Origin: the human T2T-CHM13v2.0 reference genome, Homo sapiens
Length of the DNA: 64,000 bases
Strand: one strand, 5' to 3'
Assembly (NCBI RefSeq): GCF_009914755.1
Contig: NC_060929.1
The notes below the pieces were generated by a model. It ran no database searches. It was not told the origin of the DNA and saw only the letters and a list, made by a program, of their open reading frames with translations. Position 1 is the stretch's first letter. The number at the start of each line of letters is the position of its first letter. The position numbers and the translations under genes are program-made. This document shows positions 1-12,907 of the stretch, piece by piece.

Positions 1-947
1 ACTAGCTCAAACAGGTGAATTTACTCAGATAACTGATGAAATCTCATCTTCTAAAGTCCTTATTACCACGAGGACTGACCCCCCCACCCCCACCCACCCA
101 GACAACAAAAGAGAAAGTCAATTAATAATTATGATATAAGGTTATTCTCACCTCCCCCATTACTGTTTCTTGGAGTTTTTATGAGGTTTTGCAATAAAAA
201 TTTATAGCTATCTGAAATAGTTCTAACCTCTTCCACAAGTAGTTTGCTTATTTGTTCATCCTTTTCCTCCAGCCCATGTAAATAAAACACAACCTTCACT
301 TTCATGGTAAGAAAAATATTCCCTTTAATGAATTTCAGGAATCAGGAAGAAAACTGCGCTAGTCTCATGGATCTCATGTTAAGGATTCTAAGAATTCTTT
401 ACTTAAGAGATCTGTTTTCCTTATTCCTCAATCTCCTTTAAAGAAGCTGAGCATTTTTAAAAGGATATCATAGTATTACTTTAAAAGCACCAAACATAGC
501 ATCCCTGAAAATAACATGTTTCCTGTCGGGAGAAGCAAGTTAAGGTGTCTGTGAGAGATTTCTGGGGTTTATTCTAATCCATGTTTCTGGGGGGCATCTG
601 GGACACTCTAGGAACACAAGGGCCCCTCTTTCCACTTTGGTTGTCACTAGTCACACAGATTTTCTTACTACTCACTGCTTGACTGAGTCGTCTCAATTCA
701 TTAAACATTCTCTGAGCTATTGGCAAGACTTCAACCATGGTGACATTTCCTTTACACTAGATCATCCAACTATAGCCTTCCTAGAAAACAATGCTTGGAC
801 AGTAGCAAAAGCCTGTTGGGTCAGCTAACGACATCAAGTTATAATAAGATCTCAAAGTTTGTCTTTCTTTTTAATTTTTGTTTTCTTCTCTAGCAGTTAC
901 AACATGCACCTTGAGATGGTAATAGTCAAAGTATTGACTGAATGTGC

Positions 948-962
948 CTGCCCCCTGGTGGC
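948..962 (-). promoter_or_regulatory. CTCF core motif
   Basis: Plus strand CTGCCCCCTGGTGGC reads GCCACCAGGGGGCAG on the minus strand, a near-perfect CTCF core, in sequence that does not look repetitive. Confidence 0.7.
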
Positions 963-1669
963 TGGTGGGGTGAAGGACACACTGTAGAAATCCTTCGGGT
1001 ACCTGCATCAGAATCAGACACGAGAGATATGAAAGCAAGCACACAAATCAGAATTTGCTGTAGTGGAGTATTACGAAGATCTGGTATAAAATGAAATAAA
1101 ATAGAGTTTAAAAAAGGAAAACATTACTAACAAACAGTTTTAGAGACAAGTCACCAAGATCTTAGCTTGAGATACACTAACCCAGGCTCCTCCTGCCAAA
1201 TTATGAGCAATTATTGTGCTAAGTATCTATGTGCACCTGTTGTTGTCCTAGCTTCTTCCAATTAAATTATAATCTTAAGATTATTGTTATTCGGAAGAAG
1301 GAGTCTAGGTTAGCATATCTCAAGCTAAGAGCTTGGAAACTGAAACACATTTTAATTGTGGTCATTGCTCCACACCATAGGGGCTCCCTCTGGGACATGG
1401 TCTCAACTGGCTCTGGCCGATTCTGATCCCCATCGGCAATCTCACTTCCCGTTCTCCCCTTTGAGGCCAAATTGTCCATGGTGACTTTAAACCTGGATTC
1501 ATAGATGCCTTCAGGACAGGGAAAAATCTAAGCCTGTGAGGCAGCAATACGGGGAGTAAAGGAGACTGAGGAGAGACCTGTGGTGACTAGGAACATGGCT
1601 TCCTACAGGCATTCAAACTCCATTGTTTAAAATTAACTCTACATTGCCCAAAAAACATTTTTAGAGCAG

Positions 1670-2000
1670 TGCTCTGCTCACCCCTGTAATCCCAGCACTT
1701 CGGGAGGCTGAGGCAGGTGGATCACAAGGTCAGGAGTTCAAGACCAGCCTGGCCAATATGAAATCCCGTCTCTACCAAAAATACAAAAATTAGCTGGGCA
1801 TGGTGGCAGGTGCCTGTAGTCCCAGCTACTTGGGAGGCTGAGGCAGGAGAATCGCTTGAACCGGCAGGCGGAGGTTGCAGTGAGCCCAGATCGCGCCACT
1901 GCACTCCAGCCTGGAGACAGAGTGAGATTCCATCTCAGAAAAAAAAAAAAAAAGAAAAGAAAAGAAAAAGAAAAAGAAAGAATGAAAAGAAAAGAAAAGG
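1670..2000 (+). mobile_element. AluS (Sg-like) with A/(GAAAA)n tail
   Basis: CCTGTAATCCCAGCACTT...GGATCACAAGGTCAGGAGTTCAAGACCAGCC...GCACTCCAGCCTGG, followed by a purine-rich tail. Confidence 0.95.
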
Positions 2001-2409
2001 TGAACCAAAAAAGCACAAAGAAGGAAGAAGAGAATGTCCTGAATGGCCTTTCCCAACCACCAAAGACATGCACCCAGATGCCTCAATACGGTCTCCTCAA
2101 ATGCCATGGGACTACGTCAAAAATATATATATATCTTTCCAATGAACCAGCTCCTGCTCTTGATTTTCCTATTTCTCTCAAAGAAATGATCACTTTCCCA
2201 GCCAGCTGGACTTGGAAAAGGTGTCATCTGGACCCTCTCCTCCTCTGTGAGGTATGAGCAAGTCTTCCCTGTAATCCTGTCCTCTCCCTCTGTGCGCCCT
2301 CATCCAGGTTCTCACTCCCTAGGGCCTTTTTCTTGTTCCTATGCATCCAGCATTTTCCCTTAGAGATCCCAGTATAATAAATTACTCAAATATGTGCAGT
2401 CCTTTGTAG

Positions 2410-2560
2410 TTACAATGTGCTTTTGCCATATTTTCTATTTTAGTTTTATTTTTGAGTATATAACAGCTTGGTAGGTAAGCAAAAAAAATACTATTTCTAT
2501 TTTACAGGAGATGAAAGAAATATTGAGAGGAATTAAGTGATTTGGCCATTGCCACTACAG
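2410..2560 (-). mobile_element. MIR fragment
   Basis: ATTTTACAGGAGATGAAAGAAA...AAGTGATTTGGCC resembles the antisense MIR core. Confidence 0.55.
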
Positions 2561-2659
2561 AATCTCACTAATAGCATTTTTACCTAGATCAGTAGCCCAT
2601 TTCTCTCTCCTGCTCTCTGTTCCTCTTTCTCTCTCTCCCTCTTTCCCCTGCTCTTTCTG

Positions 2660-3130
2660 GTCTCCAGCACTGTATAAGCCAGTTGCTTGGGGAATGTTTC
2701 CACGTGGATATCCCACAAACACATTAAACTCATCATGTTGAAAACCAAATGCACCCTTGGCTCCTCTCAACTTGCTGCTCTGCTGTTCTCTAGTTCAGTG
2801 AACAAGGATCACCCACCTAGAAACCTGGAAGTCCTGACTCCTCATTCTCCTTCACTGACCCATCCAGTCACCAATTTTCAAGTCTACAAAACTATTAAAC
2901 TGTTTCTCGAAACCAAGTTTCTCTCAATCCCCACTGCCCACTTCTGCCACCCTCATCCAGCCTATAACATCCACTTCTCTGTCTCTCTCATAACACTCTT
3001 ATCTGCACAGCCCCAGTCAATCCATCCCTCACACTTCACCTTGAATAATCTTTCACTCTGCTTCTTACAACATTTTGATGTCTCACCAAAACCCTCAAAA
3101 TAAAAACCAAGCTCCTTAACAAGGCTGGCA
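2660..3130 (+). mobile_element. L2 fragment
   Basis: TCCACGTGGATATCCCACAAACACATTAAACTCATCATGTTGAAAACC resembles the L2 ORF2 3' end (WMSNRHLKLNMSKTE-like; the ORF track shows STWISHKHIKLIMLKTK). Confidence 0.65.
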
Positions 3131-3161
3131 GAGCTCATCAGCTTCTCTGGGTGGTAACTCC

Positions 3162-3540
3162 TTATCTTAGCTTAGGCTACCATGACAAAATACCAAGACC
3201 CTGGGTGGCTTAAACAACAGAAATGTATTTTCTCACAGTTCTGCAGGTCGGAAAGTCCAAGATCAAAGTTTGAGAGGGTTCAGTTTCTGATGAGGGCTCT
3301 ATTTCTGGCTAGCAAACCATTACTTTGTCCTCACATGGCCTTTCCTTGGTGCATGAGTGTGGAGAGTGAGGGAGCTTTCTGGTGTTTTTAAAATAAGGAC
3401 ACTAGTAGTATCAGATTAGGGCCCCACTTTTAAGACCTCATTTAACCCTAATTCCCTCCATATAGACCCTATCTCCAAACGTAGTCACTGGGGGACAGAG
3501 CCTCAACATATGAACTTGGGGAGACACAATTCAGTCCATA
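3162..3540 (-). mobile_element. MLT1A/B-type MaLR solo LTR
   Basis: GGGTGGCTTAAACAACAGAAATGTATTTTCTCACAGTTCTG...GATTAGGGCCCCAC...ACACAATTCAGTCCATA. Confidence 0.85.
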
Positions 3541-4478
3541 CTCCCTCTCCAATCTCAAGTGAAGGCCTGACCACTTAGCAGTCTACGCTGCGGCCACACT
3601 GACTGCTCATGTGCTGTCTCTAAATCCAAATCCTTGTGGAGCCCTCTCCAGAACCCTCTCCTTTTCCTTAGGCTCCCTATACCTTTTGCTTAACTAACCC
3701 CTCACTCTTTAAGTCTCAGCCTCCATAGTCTTAGTTCTTCCAAAAAGTCCTGCAATCTGACCTGCAAGCCCTTTCCCCTCTGGGATTAGAGGCCCTCACC
3801 AAATGTTCCCATGATCCTGACCACATTTGCCTGTATCCTTTACTAGATTCTTGGCTCTTTGACAGCAGGTACTGAGGCTGTCTGTTCACGGCTGCAACCC
3901 TAACATAACCCAAGAGCACTATTAATACATAGTGCTCTTTCAATAAATATCATTGTCAAATGCCATTCTCAAAAAGGTAGGCAGAAAAACAGGAAGGGAA
4001 GGAGAGACCAGAGTAAGCAATGGCTCCTTACTATCTATGGAAAAAAGTTTCCAGTTGTTCTGACATTCGAAGCTCCCTTCCACTGGGCCTCAAGACCCTA
4101 AGTTCATATTTGAAAGGCTGCACAGGAGAAAGCAGAGCCTTATGCTGCATTTGGGGGTAAAAATAGAACCAACAGGTAGAAATATGGGAGAAACAGGGCA
4201 GAGTGGGAAGGGCAGGGGTGCTTAATTAAAGACGCATGCCCACCTACCAGGAAAGCCACAAAATTGCTTCTCAGAACTTGTGTTCAGGGACCTCTCCGGT
4301 CTGCTCTGCCTTCAAGACACATTCTTTTCTCCTCTGATTTCCTCTATTCCCACAAGAGCCATCAATTGGAGTCTACCCTCAGCCCCTTGTTCGGCTGACA
4401 CTCATGTTCACCCCTGCCCTCATACACCATCCTTGTTTGCAATGGCTTCACAACACCCAGTTCTATGCTTCTCCTAGT

Positions 4479-6034
4479 CCAGCCGTTTTCAATGTGTGCA
4501 TGGACTCCTGAGGGTCCCCAAGACCCTTTCAGAGGATCTGCAGGATCAAAACTAATGTCATCATACTAAGACATTATTTACCTCTTGCATTGTGTTTGCA
4601 TTAACATTGATGGAGAGAGTGAGTGAGTGAAACTGCTGGCCCTTTAGCACAAATCATGCTGGTGGCACCAAACTCTACCAGCTGCCATTGTGTTTTACAT
4701 AAAAATGGCCTTGATGAAGCAGTAAACTATCAATTTTATTAAATCTTGACACGTTACTATTCTGTGTGATGAAATACATACAAAACATTTCTGCTCTATG
4801 TAAAAGTCTAAGGGTTGTCTCAAGGAAAAGTACTCGTGAACCTAACTAACTTCTCTTTTCATGGAACACCATTTTTACTTGAAAAAATGACTTACAGGCA
4901 AACTATAATTATTCGAACTTGGGTATTTCACAGATATTTTCTTAAAAATAAATGAAGTGGGCATGTCAATTCAAGGAAAACAACTGTTAGTATTTGTTGC
5001 CAGTGATAAAATTCAAGCTTTCAAATGAAAATTAAATTCTTAGAAAACTTGTATCTGCCATCATGAACTTGACATATTTACAAGACTGATATTGTGTTAA
5101 CATTTGGAAGATTTACATAACTAGATGAACCAATATTTTCCAAGACCAATGTGTAATATTACAAAGTCATGCCTGAGCAAAAGAGTCTTTCAAGGTCCAA
5201 GAGAGACTACTGGCTTTTAACATAACTAACTAGAATAAGTTCACTGATATGGTTTCAGGTTCCACATGGCAACTAGCCCCTAAGGAACTACCATTTGATT
5301 GTTTAGATATAGAATCACAGAAGACTACTCACAATTATCAGAAAAGGCTATTAAAATATTCTTTTCCAACTTCATAGCTGCGTGGGGTTGAATTTTCTTC
5401 ACATACTTTAACCAAAACACACAACAGATTAAATGCAGAGGCAAATATGAGACTCTAGCTGCCCTCTATTAACCCAGACATTAAAAAGATCTGCAAAGAG
5501 GTAAAACAATGCCATTTTCTCACTAATTTTTGTTTTGGAAAATATAGTTCTTTTTCATTTAAATGTTATTCATATTAACATGTAATGGGTTTATTTTTAT
5601 TTATTTTTTGAGACAGTCTCGCTCTGTTGCCAGGCTGGTACAACGGCAAGATCTCAGCTCACTGCAACCTCTGCTTCCCTGATTCAAGCAATTGTCCTGC
5701 CTCAGCTTCCCAAGTAGCTGGGATTATAGGCGCGTGCCACCAAGCCCGGCTAATTTTTTTATTTTTGTAGAGATGGGGTTTCTCCATGTTGGCCAGGTCT
5801 CGAACTCCTGGCATCAGGTGATCCGCCCGTTTCAGCCTCCCAAAGTGCTGGGATTACAGGCTTGAGCCACCAGGCCTGGCCCGTTACTATTGTTATTTTT
5901 AAATGCATTAGTAAAAAAAAAAAAAATTTTAATTGCTAGAACATTAAATATCAATACCCACATTAATAAAAGCTATTTGGGAGCCTTAATAATTATCAAT
6001 GGTGTAAAGGGGTCCTGAGACCAAAAAGTTTGAC
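4479..6034 (+). mobile_element. Charlie1 (hAT) DNA transposon deletion derivative, split by an Alu
   Basis: 5' end CAGCCGTTTTCAATGTGTG...GGGTCCCCAAGACCCTTTCAG and 3' end GGGGTCCTGAGACCAAAAAGTTTGA match the Charlie1 termini. Confidence 0.85.
5592..5882 (-). mobile_element. AluS inserted into Charlie1
   Basis: T-tail, then GAGACAGTCTCGCTCTGTTGCC...CCCAAAGTGCTGGGATTACAGG...CCTGGCC. Confidence 0.95.
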
Positions 6035-6331
6035 TTCACCAGGTGTTTGAACACTACAGATCCCATCTTGCCCATGAAGCTTCCCTAGACATCCCCACCC
6101 CACCGTGCTCCCTTCTGCATCCTACAATAGCATCCACTGGTAAGGCCACTATTTTAATAATGATATGGTTGCTTTATACTAATGAATTATGTTTTTGTAC
6201 AACAGTCTCCTAGTGTCCATGTTTAAGAATTTAAGGGACTTTGCTTTCCAAAGCTGTTAACCCAACTAGCTCTGTGAAAGTGAAACAAAATTATGGACTT
6301 AAATTTCTGTCTGTGTCAAAAAAGAGTAAAA

Positions 6332-6348
6332 TGCACCCTCTAGTGGAC
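6332..6348 (-). promoter_or_regulatory. CTCF core motif
   Basis: TGCACCCTCTAGTGGAC reads GTCCACTAGAGGGTGCA on the minus strand. Confidence 0.55.
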
Positions 6349-7082
6349 TTGTAAGCTCACAGAACACAAAATAAATTTATTGGATTGTCAGAAGAATTAC
6401 AACTCCGTCCCAGAAAATTCAGATTATAAAATAATAATATATGAGCATAGGGAAATTAATTTTAATTTTTTGATAATATGTTTTTAAAAGAGCTAAGAAA
6501 ATGTGAAACCAAATCTAGTTTGAATGTAGTTCATAACTAAATGCAAAAGTAAACCTGAGGTCACACACAAAAAACTTCTTAAATTCCTATGAATTGATTA
6601 TACATCGGCTATCCAAAATAATCTGTTCAAATTATGTCTTATTAACTACTTATAACTTTAAATACATAGAAGCATTAACATGGATAAAGTTGGGATTATT
6701 ATTAGTTCAATTTCCAAATATTAAAACTACACTCAACTTACAACCTGGGCATTCCAATGGCCTTCACAAAATCTGAAAAAGGACCTTTGAAGGATAAGAA
6801 CCAATGCTTGGGGTATACTTTTAACTCTGTATGTTAATGTTAAAAGGATTTAATTCTATGCATCTTTCTCTAGGATGACATAAGAAAAACAGTGTAAAAA
6901 TACACTCAACCTTATCAGATAAAATAATGTAATGACATGGAAAGAAGTCTGAAATATATGGTTAAACTAAAAAATGTAGTCACAGAATAACGGGTGGCAT
7001 GATCTAATTTATGTTTTAAAAAATGTACGCACGTGTACCCATGTTTATGAGCACATATGCATGTTAATTCTATAGTTAAACC

Positions 7083-7360
<278 letters not shown>

Positions 7361-7994
7361 TAGTAAAGTATTAACATTTGTTATTTCTGGCAAGGAATAT
7401 GCATTAGTAGCAAAAATAATGGAAGGGCATTTGACTATACTTCTATACTGTTAAGATGCTGTGAGCATTTTTAATTCAAAATAATCAAATATGGAATTTT
7501 TAAGGAAATTACAGTTATAATTAATTCAAAGAACTGTATGAAATGGGAATTGTTATTTCATCAACTAGGACATTAAAAGGTTTGAGTAACAATAAGAAAT
7601 TTGATATAGCTATTTGGTTTTTAAATCATTAGACTGGAAAAGAAAATTTTTTAAATGGCTTTATCACCAGAACACAATGTCTGATTCCTCTGATGATAAT
7701 GCAAGCTGAAGTGGTATATAAAATCCTCTCTGCCACTTTTAAACTCTGGCAGAGATAGCTACTCCTTCCAACTGATAGTGTCTGATCGGATAACTATGTT
7801 CCTTTTTAAACTCTCAAATTCTATAATTTCTGAAGTGCTGAGATACTGTCATAGTTATGGAAGCATTTTCTAGCTTTGAGTTTTTATAGATCTAGCCTCA
7901 GCCATACAGCCTGGTGGGTACAGGTACTTTAAGTGAATAACTGGCTTTATTAATCTCAACTGGAAGTGGCCGAGTTGAACTGAAACTAAACACA

Positions 7995-7995
<1 letters not shown>

Positions 7996-8034
<39 letters not shown>
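7996..8034. repeat. (CA)n microsatellite
   Basis: Uninterrupted CA run of about 19 units. Confidence 0.97.
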
Positions 8035-8036
<2 letters not shown>

Positions 8037-8613
8037 TCAGTAGTATTACCAAACTACAACCACTAAGGAGCATACTCATCCAATTTTAATTTGAGCATCA
8101 GACGCAAAAAGACAGAAACAATATGTATGCTTCGTCTGTCATTCTAATCTGAACACACAATGTCTTCAAGTCAACAACTTAGGTAGATGGAGCAGACTGG
8201 CCAAAAATAAATTTCTATTGGCAACACTTCTGTGAAATTCTACTGGTCCTTTATAATGTGCCAGTGTTTCACTCTCTAATCATATATTGCCCAGTGCATA
8301 CATTCATTTAAACAAAATCCTTCTTTTCTTCAAGTAATTAAAACTCTTTAATCTTTTATCTATTTTAAGCCTACTTCCATTAATATTTGTATTTAGACAT
8401 TTGTCTAAAGTGAAAAGTGTCCCACCAGAGCATGCTGAACCTTGGTATCTTCCTTGTGAATAAAATTTAGCTGGACACATAGCCACTCAACTACAGAATG
8501 CAGTTTCCAGACTCCTTTGCAGCCAGGTATGGCCGTACGACATCATTGGAACATGAGTGAAAATGATGTGTACAAAGGAATTGTTTGTTCTCCTTTTCCA
8601 CTCTTTTCACTTC

Positions 8614-8987
8614 TGATATGGTTTGGCTGTGTCCCCACCCAAATCTCATCTTGAATTGTAGCTCCCATAATCCCCACGTGTTGTGGGAGGGACCTGGTGG
8701 GAGGTAATTGAATCATGGGAGTGGGTTTTCCCCCAGCTGTTCTCGTGATAGTGAATAAGTGTCAAGAGATTTGGTGGGTTTATAAAGGGGAGTTCCCCTG
8801 CAAATGCTCTCTTGCCTGCCACCATGCAAGGCATGCCTTTGCTACCCCTTCCCATTCTGCCATGATTGTAAGTTTCCTGAGGCCTCACCTGCCATGTGGA
8901 ACTGTGAGTCCACTAAACCTCTTTTTCTTTATAAATTACCCAGTCTCTAGTATGTCTTTATTAGCAGCATGAGAATGGACTAATACA
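8614..8987 (+). mobile_element. THE1 (C/D-like) solo LTR
   Basis: TGATATGGTTTGGCTGTGTCCCCACCCAAATCTC...GGACTAATACA with TG..CA termini and a perfect 5-bp TSD ACTTC (8609-8613, 8988-8992). It appears nested in an older MLT1-like remnant starting at about 8450. Confidence 0.95.
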
Positions 8988-9019
8988 ACTTCCCTATTGG
9001 TAGAGAAGTACCCTGAAGT

Positions 9020-9660
9020 ATTAGAACATTATACAATTATCTTAATAGAAACAGCATGCTGACAATGCATGATCAGACAGGTAGATCAATATAGACACCA
9101 AAAAGGGGGAATACATCTAAGTACATACAGGGAATAACAAAAAGCAGGAGCATTTTATGTAAATTAGTATTGTCTATTTAAAAGGAAAGAAGACTATTAA
9201 TAAAGTCAGTAAAAACGCATCAAGAATAACACAATCTGAAACCTGGCACAGAGAATGCAAACTGTGTTTTTAAGACTGTTACCACCTGAGGGCACTACTT
9301 CAGCTGACTAGAAGAAATGCGGGTGATCCTTTGTAGAATTTGTCTTGAATTTGCCAAACCTTCAAAAATAATTTTTTAGCCAAAAATGATCACTGTCGTA
9401 TCTACGGTTAATGTAGCATGTCAAAAAGCGGGAAACAGATGGATGACTCACCAAATGGGGCTGGGCAACCAACTAACCATATGAGGGGGAAAAGCAAAGT
9501 TGCATCCCTACTTCACTACTTACTCTAAAATAATTCCACTGGGATTTGAATTTTAAATAGAAAAAACAAATCCACAAGAGTACCAGAGGACGTTTACTAT
9601 AATAATAATTTTTAAATCTTTATATTTTTAGGGGCAGGGAAGAGCATTCAAAGGATGAAG
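9020..9660 (+). mobile_element. Old L1M ORF2 3' fragments
   Basis: CAAATGGGGCTGGGCAACC...AAAGTTGCATCCCTACTTCACTACTTACTCTAAAATAATTCC resembles the old L1 ORF2 3' region. Confidence 0.55.
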
Positions 9661-11079
9661 GAAAGCATCTGACCATTCTTTCCATATCACTAACTCCCCA
9701 ACATCCTTCCTGGCATTATGGTTACCCCACCCCTGAGTTTAACAAAGTTAAAAAACAAAATGGGAATGGAAAACGAGGGAGCAACCCAGTCACTTAATTT
9801 TTCATGCCAAAGTCACTCAATTTTTTATAAGCCCAGATTCAGGGGTTGACCCTTTGTGCCCTGGAAACACTGCACGTGACCCCAGCACTGCTAGCTCCAG
9901 CTTCTGAGCCTGAAATACTCTTTAGCCTAAACCTGGCCCTAATACACACAACAATCACAAAAAACAATAAGAATAATAAAGAACCCAGCAACCGTTGGAA
10001 CCCTGAGGAAGCCGACGGTGAGTGAAACCTTCCCGACTTCTAAAACCAGCTCCAAGTCAAGTCTGTGAATTTGAGTCTCGCAGGATGCCCCTTTCTTCCT
10101 GTATCACTCCGCCAGAGAATATTTTTTAGGAACATAGAGCACTAGAATGAGTGGCTATCTCTAAAGCCATCTTAAGTTTATATTCTTCAGCAGCTGACTC
10201 AATAACCTGACTTTGACATTAAGCCGACTTCACAGACCAACTGTCACTTCAAAGAACAAGAAAAACCTTGAGTAAAAGTTAAATGAAAAGTGTTTTCCAA
10301 ATCACTCGCAAAGGAAACAGATCAGGTTGTTGTAATAAAGAATGTAATCAACTCATTTCATGAGCTAAAAAGGTATCCTCAGAAACAGGAACGCTTGACT
10401 CAGGGTAGACTGACTCTGTCAAAGGTTTGGGGCCTGATGTTGACGACTGGCAAAGACCGAGATGAAATGAACTCATTTTGACATTCAAGTTAGAGTTTTC
10501 TAATCTAATCCATAGCAATCATCCTGAGGTAAAATACCAAGGTGCCACTTTTATAGTCATTGATGGGGAACTAAGCCATTAATGACTCTTCTAAGTAATA
10601 CAGCAGTTAGTGAGTGACAGAATCAAGACTCAGATGAGGTCCTCTGACTCTACAATCAAAGGTGTTTGACTCCATCCCTCTAGCACCCTCCATGGTGGAA
10701 ACGACATTTAGGTCAATTTATAACATCCGAAAAAGACAGACTAGCTGTACAACTATTAATAGATAGGAAATTGACTTATCTTTGGGCAATGGCAAGGGAA
10801 AAGGCTTTTATGAATGCCATTTTTTTTTTTTGGAAAAGTAACTAACCCTATTATCCTAGGCATTGGATTTTAAAAATGCCATCTGAAATATACAGTTCAG
10901 GTATCTCTTCTGAAGTAAAATATTGGTATGTATCAGTTGGAAAAGACTCTTTTCCACCCCCCAATTGTTAGTGTAGCTAAGATGATACACTTAAGACTTA
11001 CATGAGTAAAGAATCACCTCAAAGAAATGCTCAGTAAGTCTTTGGTTTCTCTGGATTGGCATAAGGGAGTCTGTGTCCC

Positions 11080-11525
11080 TGTAGAAGAGGCTGCCAGGGG
11101 TTCCCCAATATATATTCTCCTCTCTTTTGTAGTGAGAGAACTGAGTACATAGGCTTATGTGTTTTCCAGCCTCACTTGTAGTTAAGTGTGACCATATGTC
11201 TATGTTCTGAAATATGAGGACAAAAAGAAGTTAAATTCTAGAATGTTTCCTTAAAAAATGGGGGCATATTTTTTGCTCTTCTTCCTTTCTACTGTCTGAG
11301 ACGTGGGAGTGATGGCTTTAGCTCAAATAACCATTTTGGACAATGATGTTTAAGCCACCATTGCAGATGGTGAAGCAACGAGATGGGAGGCTGGGTCCTG
11401 GAAGGTTAGGAATCCCCATACTAGCCCTAGACTATTTACCTGCAAGTCTGTTTCCCTGGGACAGAAATAACTTTCTAACTTGTTTGAACTGTTGTTCACT
11501 GGAGAGTAGAACTTAATTCTAACAC
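11080..11525 (+). mobile_element. Old MLT1 (I/J-like) LTR
   Basis: TTCCAGCCTCACTTGTAGTTAAGTGTGACCATATG and GGAGGCTGGGTCCTG motifs. Confidence 0.65.
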
Positions 11526-11531
11526 ATCATC

Positions 11532-11916
<385 letters not shown>

Positions 11917-12310
11917 TTAATTTACTTCAAATTAAAAAATATTTTCCACAAGCACATGTCTGAGTATACATGCAGGTAGAGTGGGGACACTTGCAGAATT
12001 AAAAAGGATCAAAAGTCCCACTGTAAGGTACATCAAGTATCGTTGATCCACGCTTGCACAGAAACCTACTTATGTCCTTTTCACAACACCTAAAAGATTG
12101 TGTTGCCTAACATACTGTATTGCAAGTGTTCGTTTAGGAGTTTACCAACACCATTCCCACTCCCTGCCATCTAGACTAGGAAGTTTCTGGTTCACCATCA
12201 AATCCTCAATGCCTAGCATTGTGCCAGGCACTCAAAAAACTGGGTGAACATGTGAAAGACTGGCCTTCGCAATAAGGACCCTTCTCATGATTTGAAATCC
12301 TCTCAAAATA

Positions 12311-12555
12311 CAAGTTGAGGATCCCTAATCCGAAATCCACAAAGCTCCGAAATCCACAAAGCTCCGAAATCTGAAATGCTCCAAAATCCAAAATTTTGTG
12401 AGCGTCAACATGACACTCAAAGAAAGTGTTCATTGAAGGTTTTGGGATTTCAGATTTTTGAATTGGGGATGCTCAAACGGTTAAAGTATCTGCAAAAATC
12501 CAAAAGCCAAAACACTTCTGATCCCACGCATTTCAGATAAAAAGTACTCAATTGG
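12311..12555 (+). mobile_element. Tigger4a (MER46A) MITE
   Basis: TA|CAAGTTGAGGATCCCTAATCCGAAA...GATAAAAAGTACTCAATTGG|TA, with TA target sites and an internal 17-bp tandem duplication. Confidence 0.9.
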
Positions 12556-12807
12556 TACTAGTTAGATATGGTACTAAATGAGTTCTGAAATTACTCACAT
12601 CCCATCAGTAATCTGACAATAAATAAACAGTCATTTTAACAAAGTCTCCAAACTTCTGAATTATTAATGATGCTTAATACTATATAATGATACTTAATCA
12701 AAGTCCCAATTCTTAACTATTTTACTAAAAATAAGCCTGCCTATGTTTATACTGTTCTGTCCATAAAGAAAGAAAGAAAAAATAAGCCAGCAGAACAACC
12801 AGTACCA

Positions 12808-12907
12808 GAATTATATTTAGATTACCCTGGTAACCTAGATTACCTAAAAAAACCTAACATCTAAAAAATCCCTAATCCAGATTACCAGAGTAATCTAAAT
12901 ATAATTC
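12808..12907. repeat. 35-bp inverted repeat with 30-nt spacer
   Basis: GAATTATATTTAGATTACCCTGGTAACCTAGATTA vs TAATCCAGATTACCAGAGTAATCTAAATATAATTC; 32/35 Watson-Crick complementary. Confidence 0.95.

Noticed and set aside
1722-2257. ORFs of 60-133 aa over the first Alu, and similar ORFs at 11.6, 17.2, 24.2, 41.2, 47.2, 49.1, 52.7 and 58.4 kb
   Set aside because: These are typical Alu-derived translations (e.g. [17 protein letters not shown]) and not evidence of genes.
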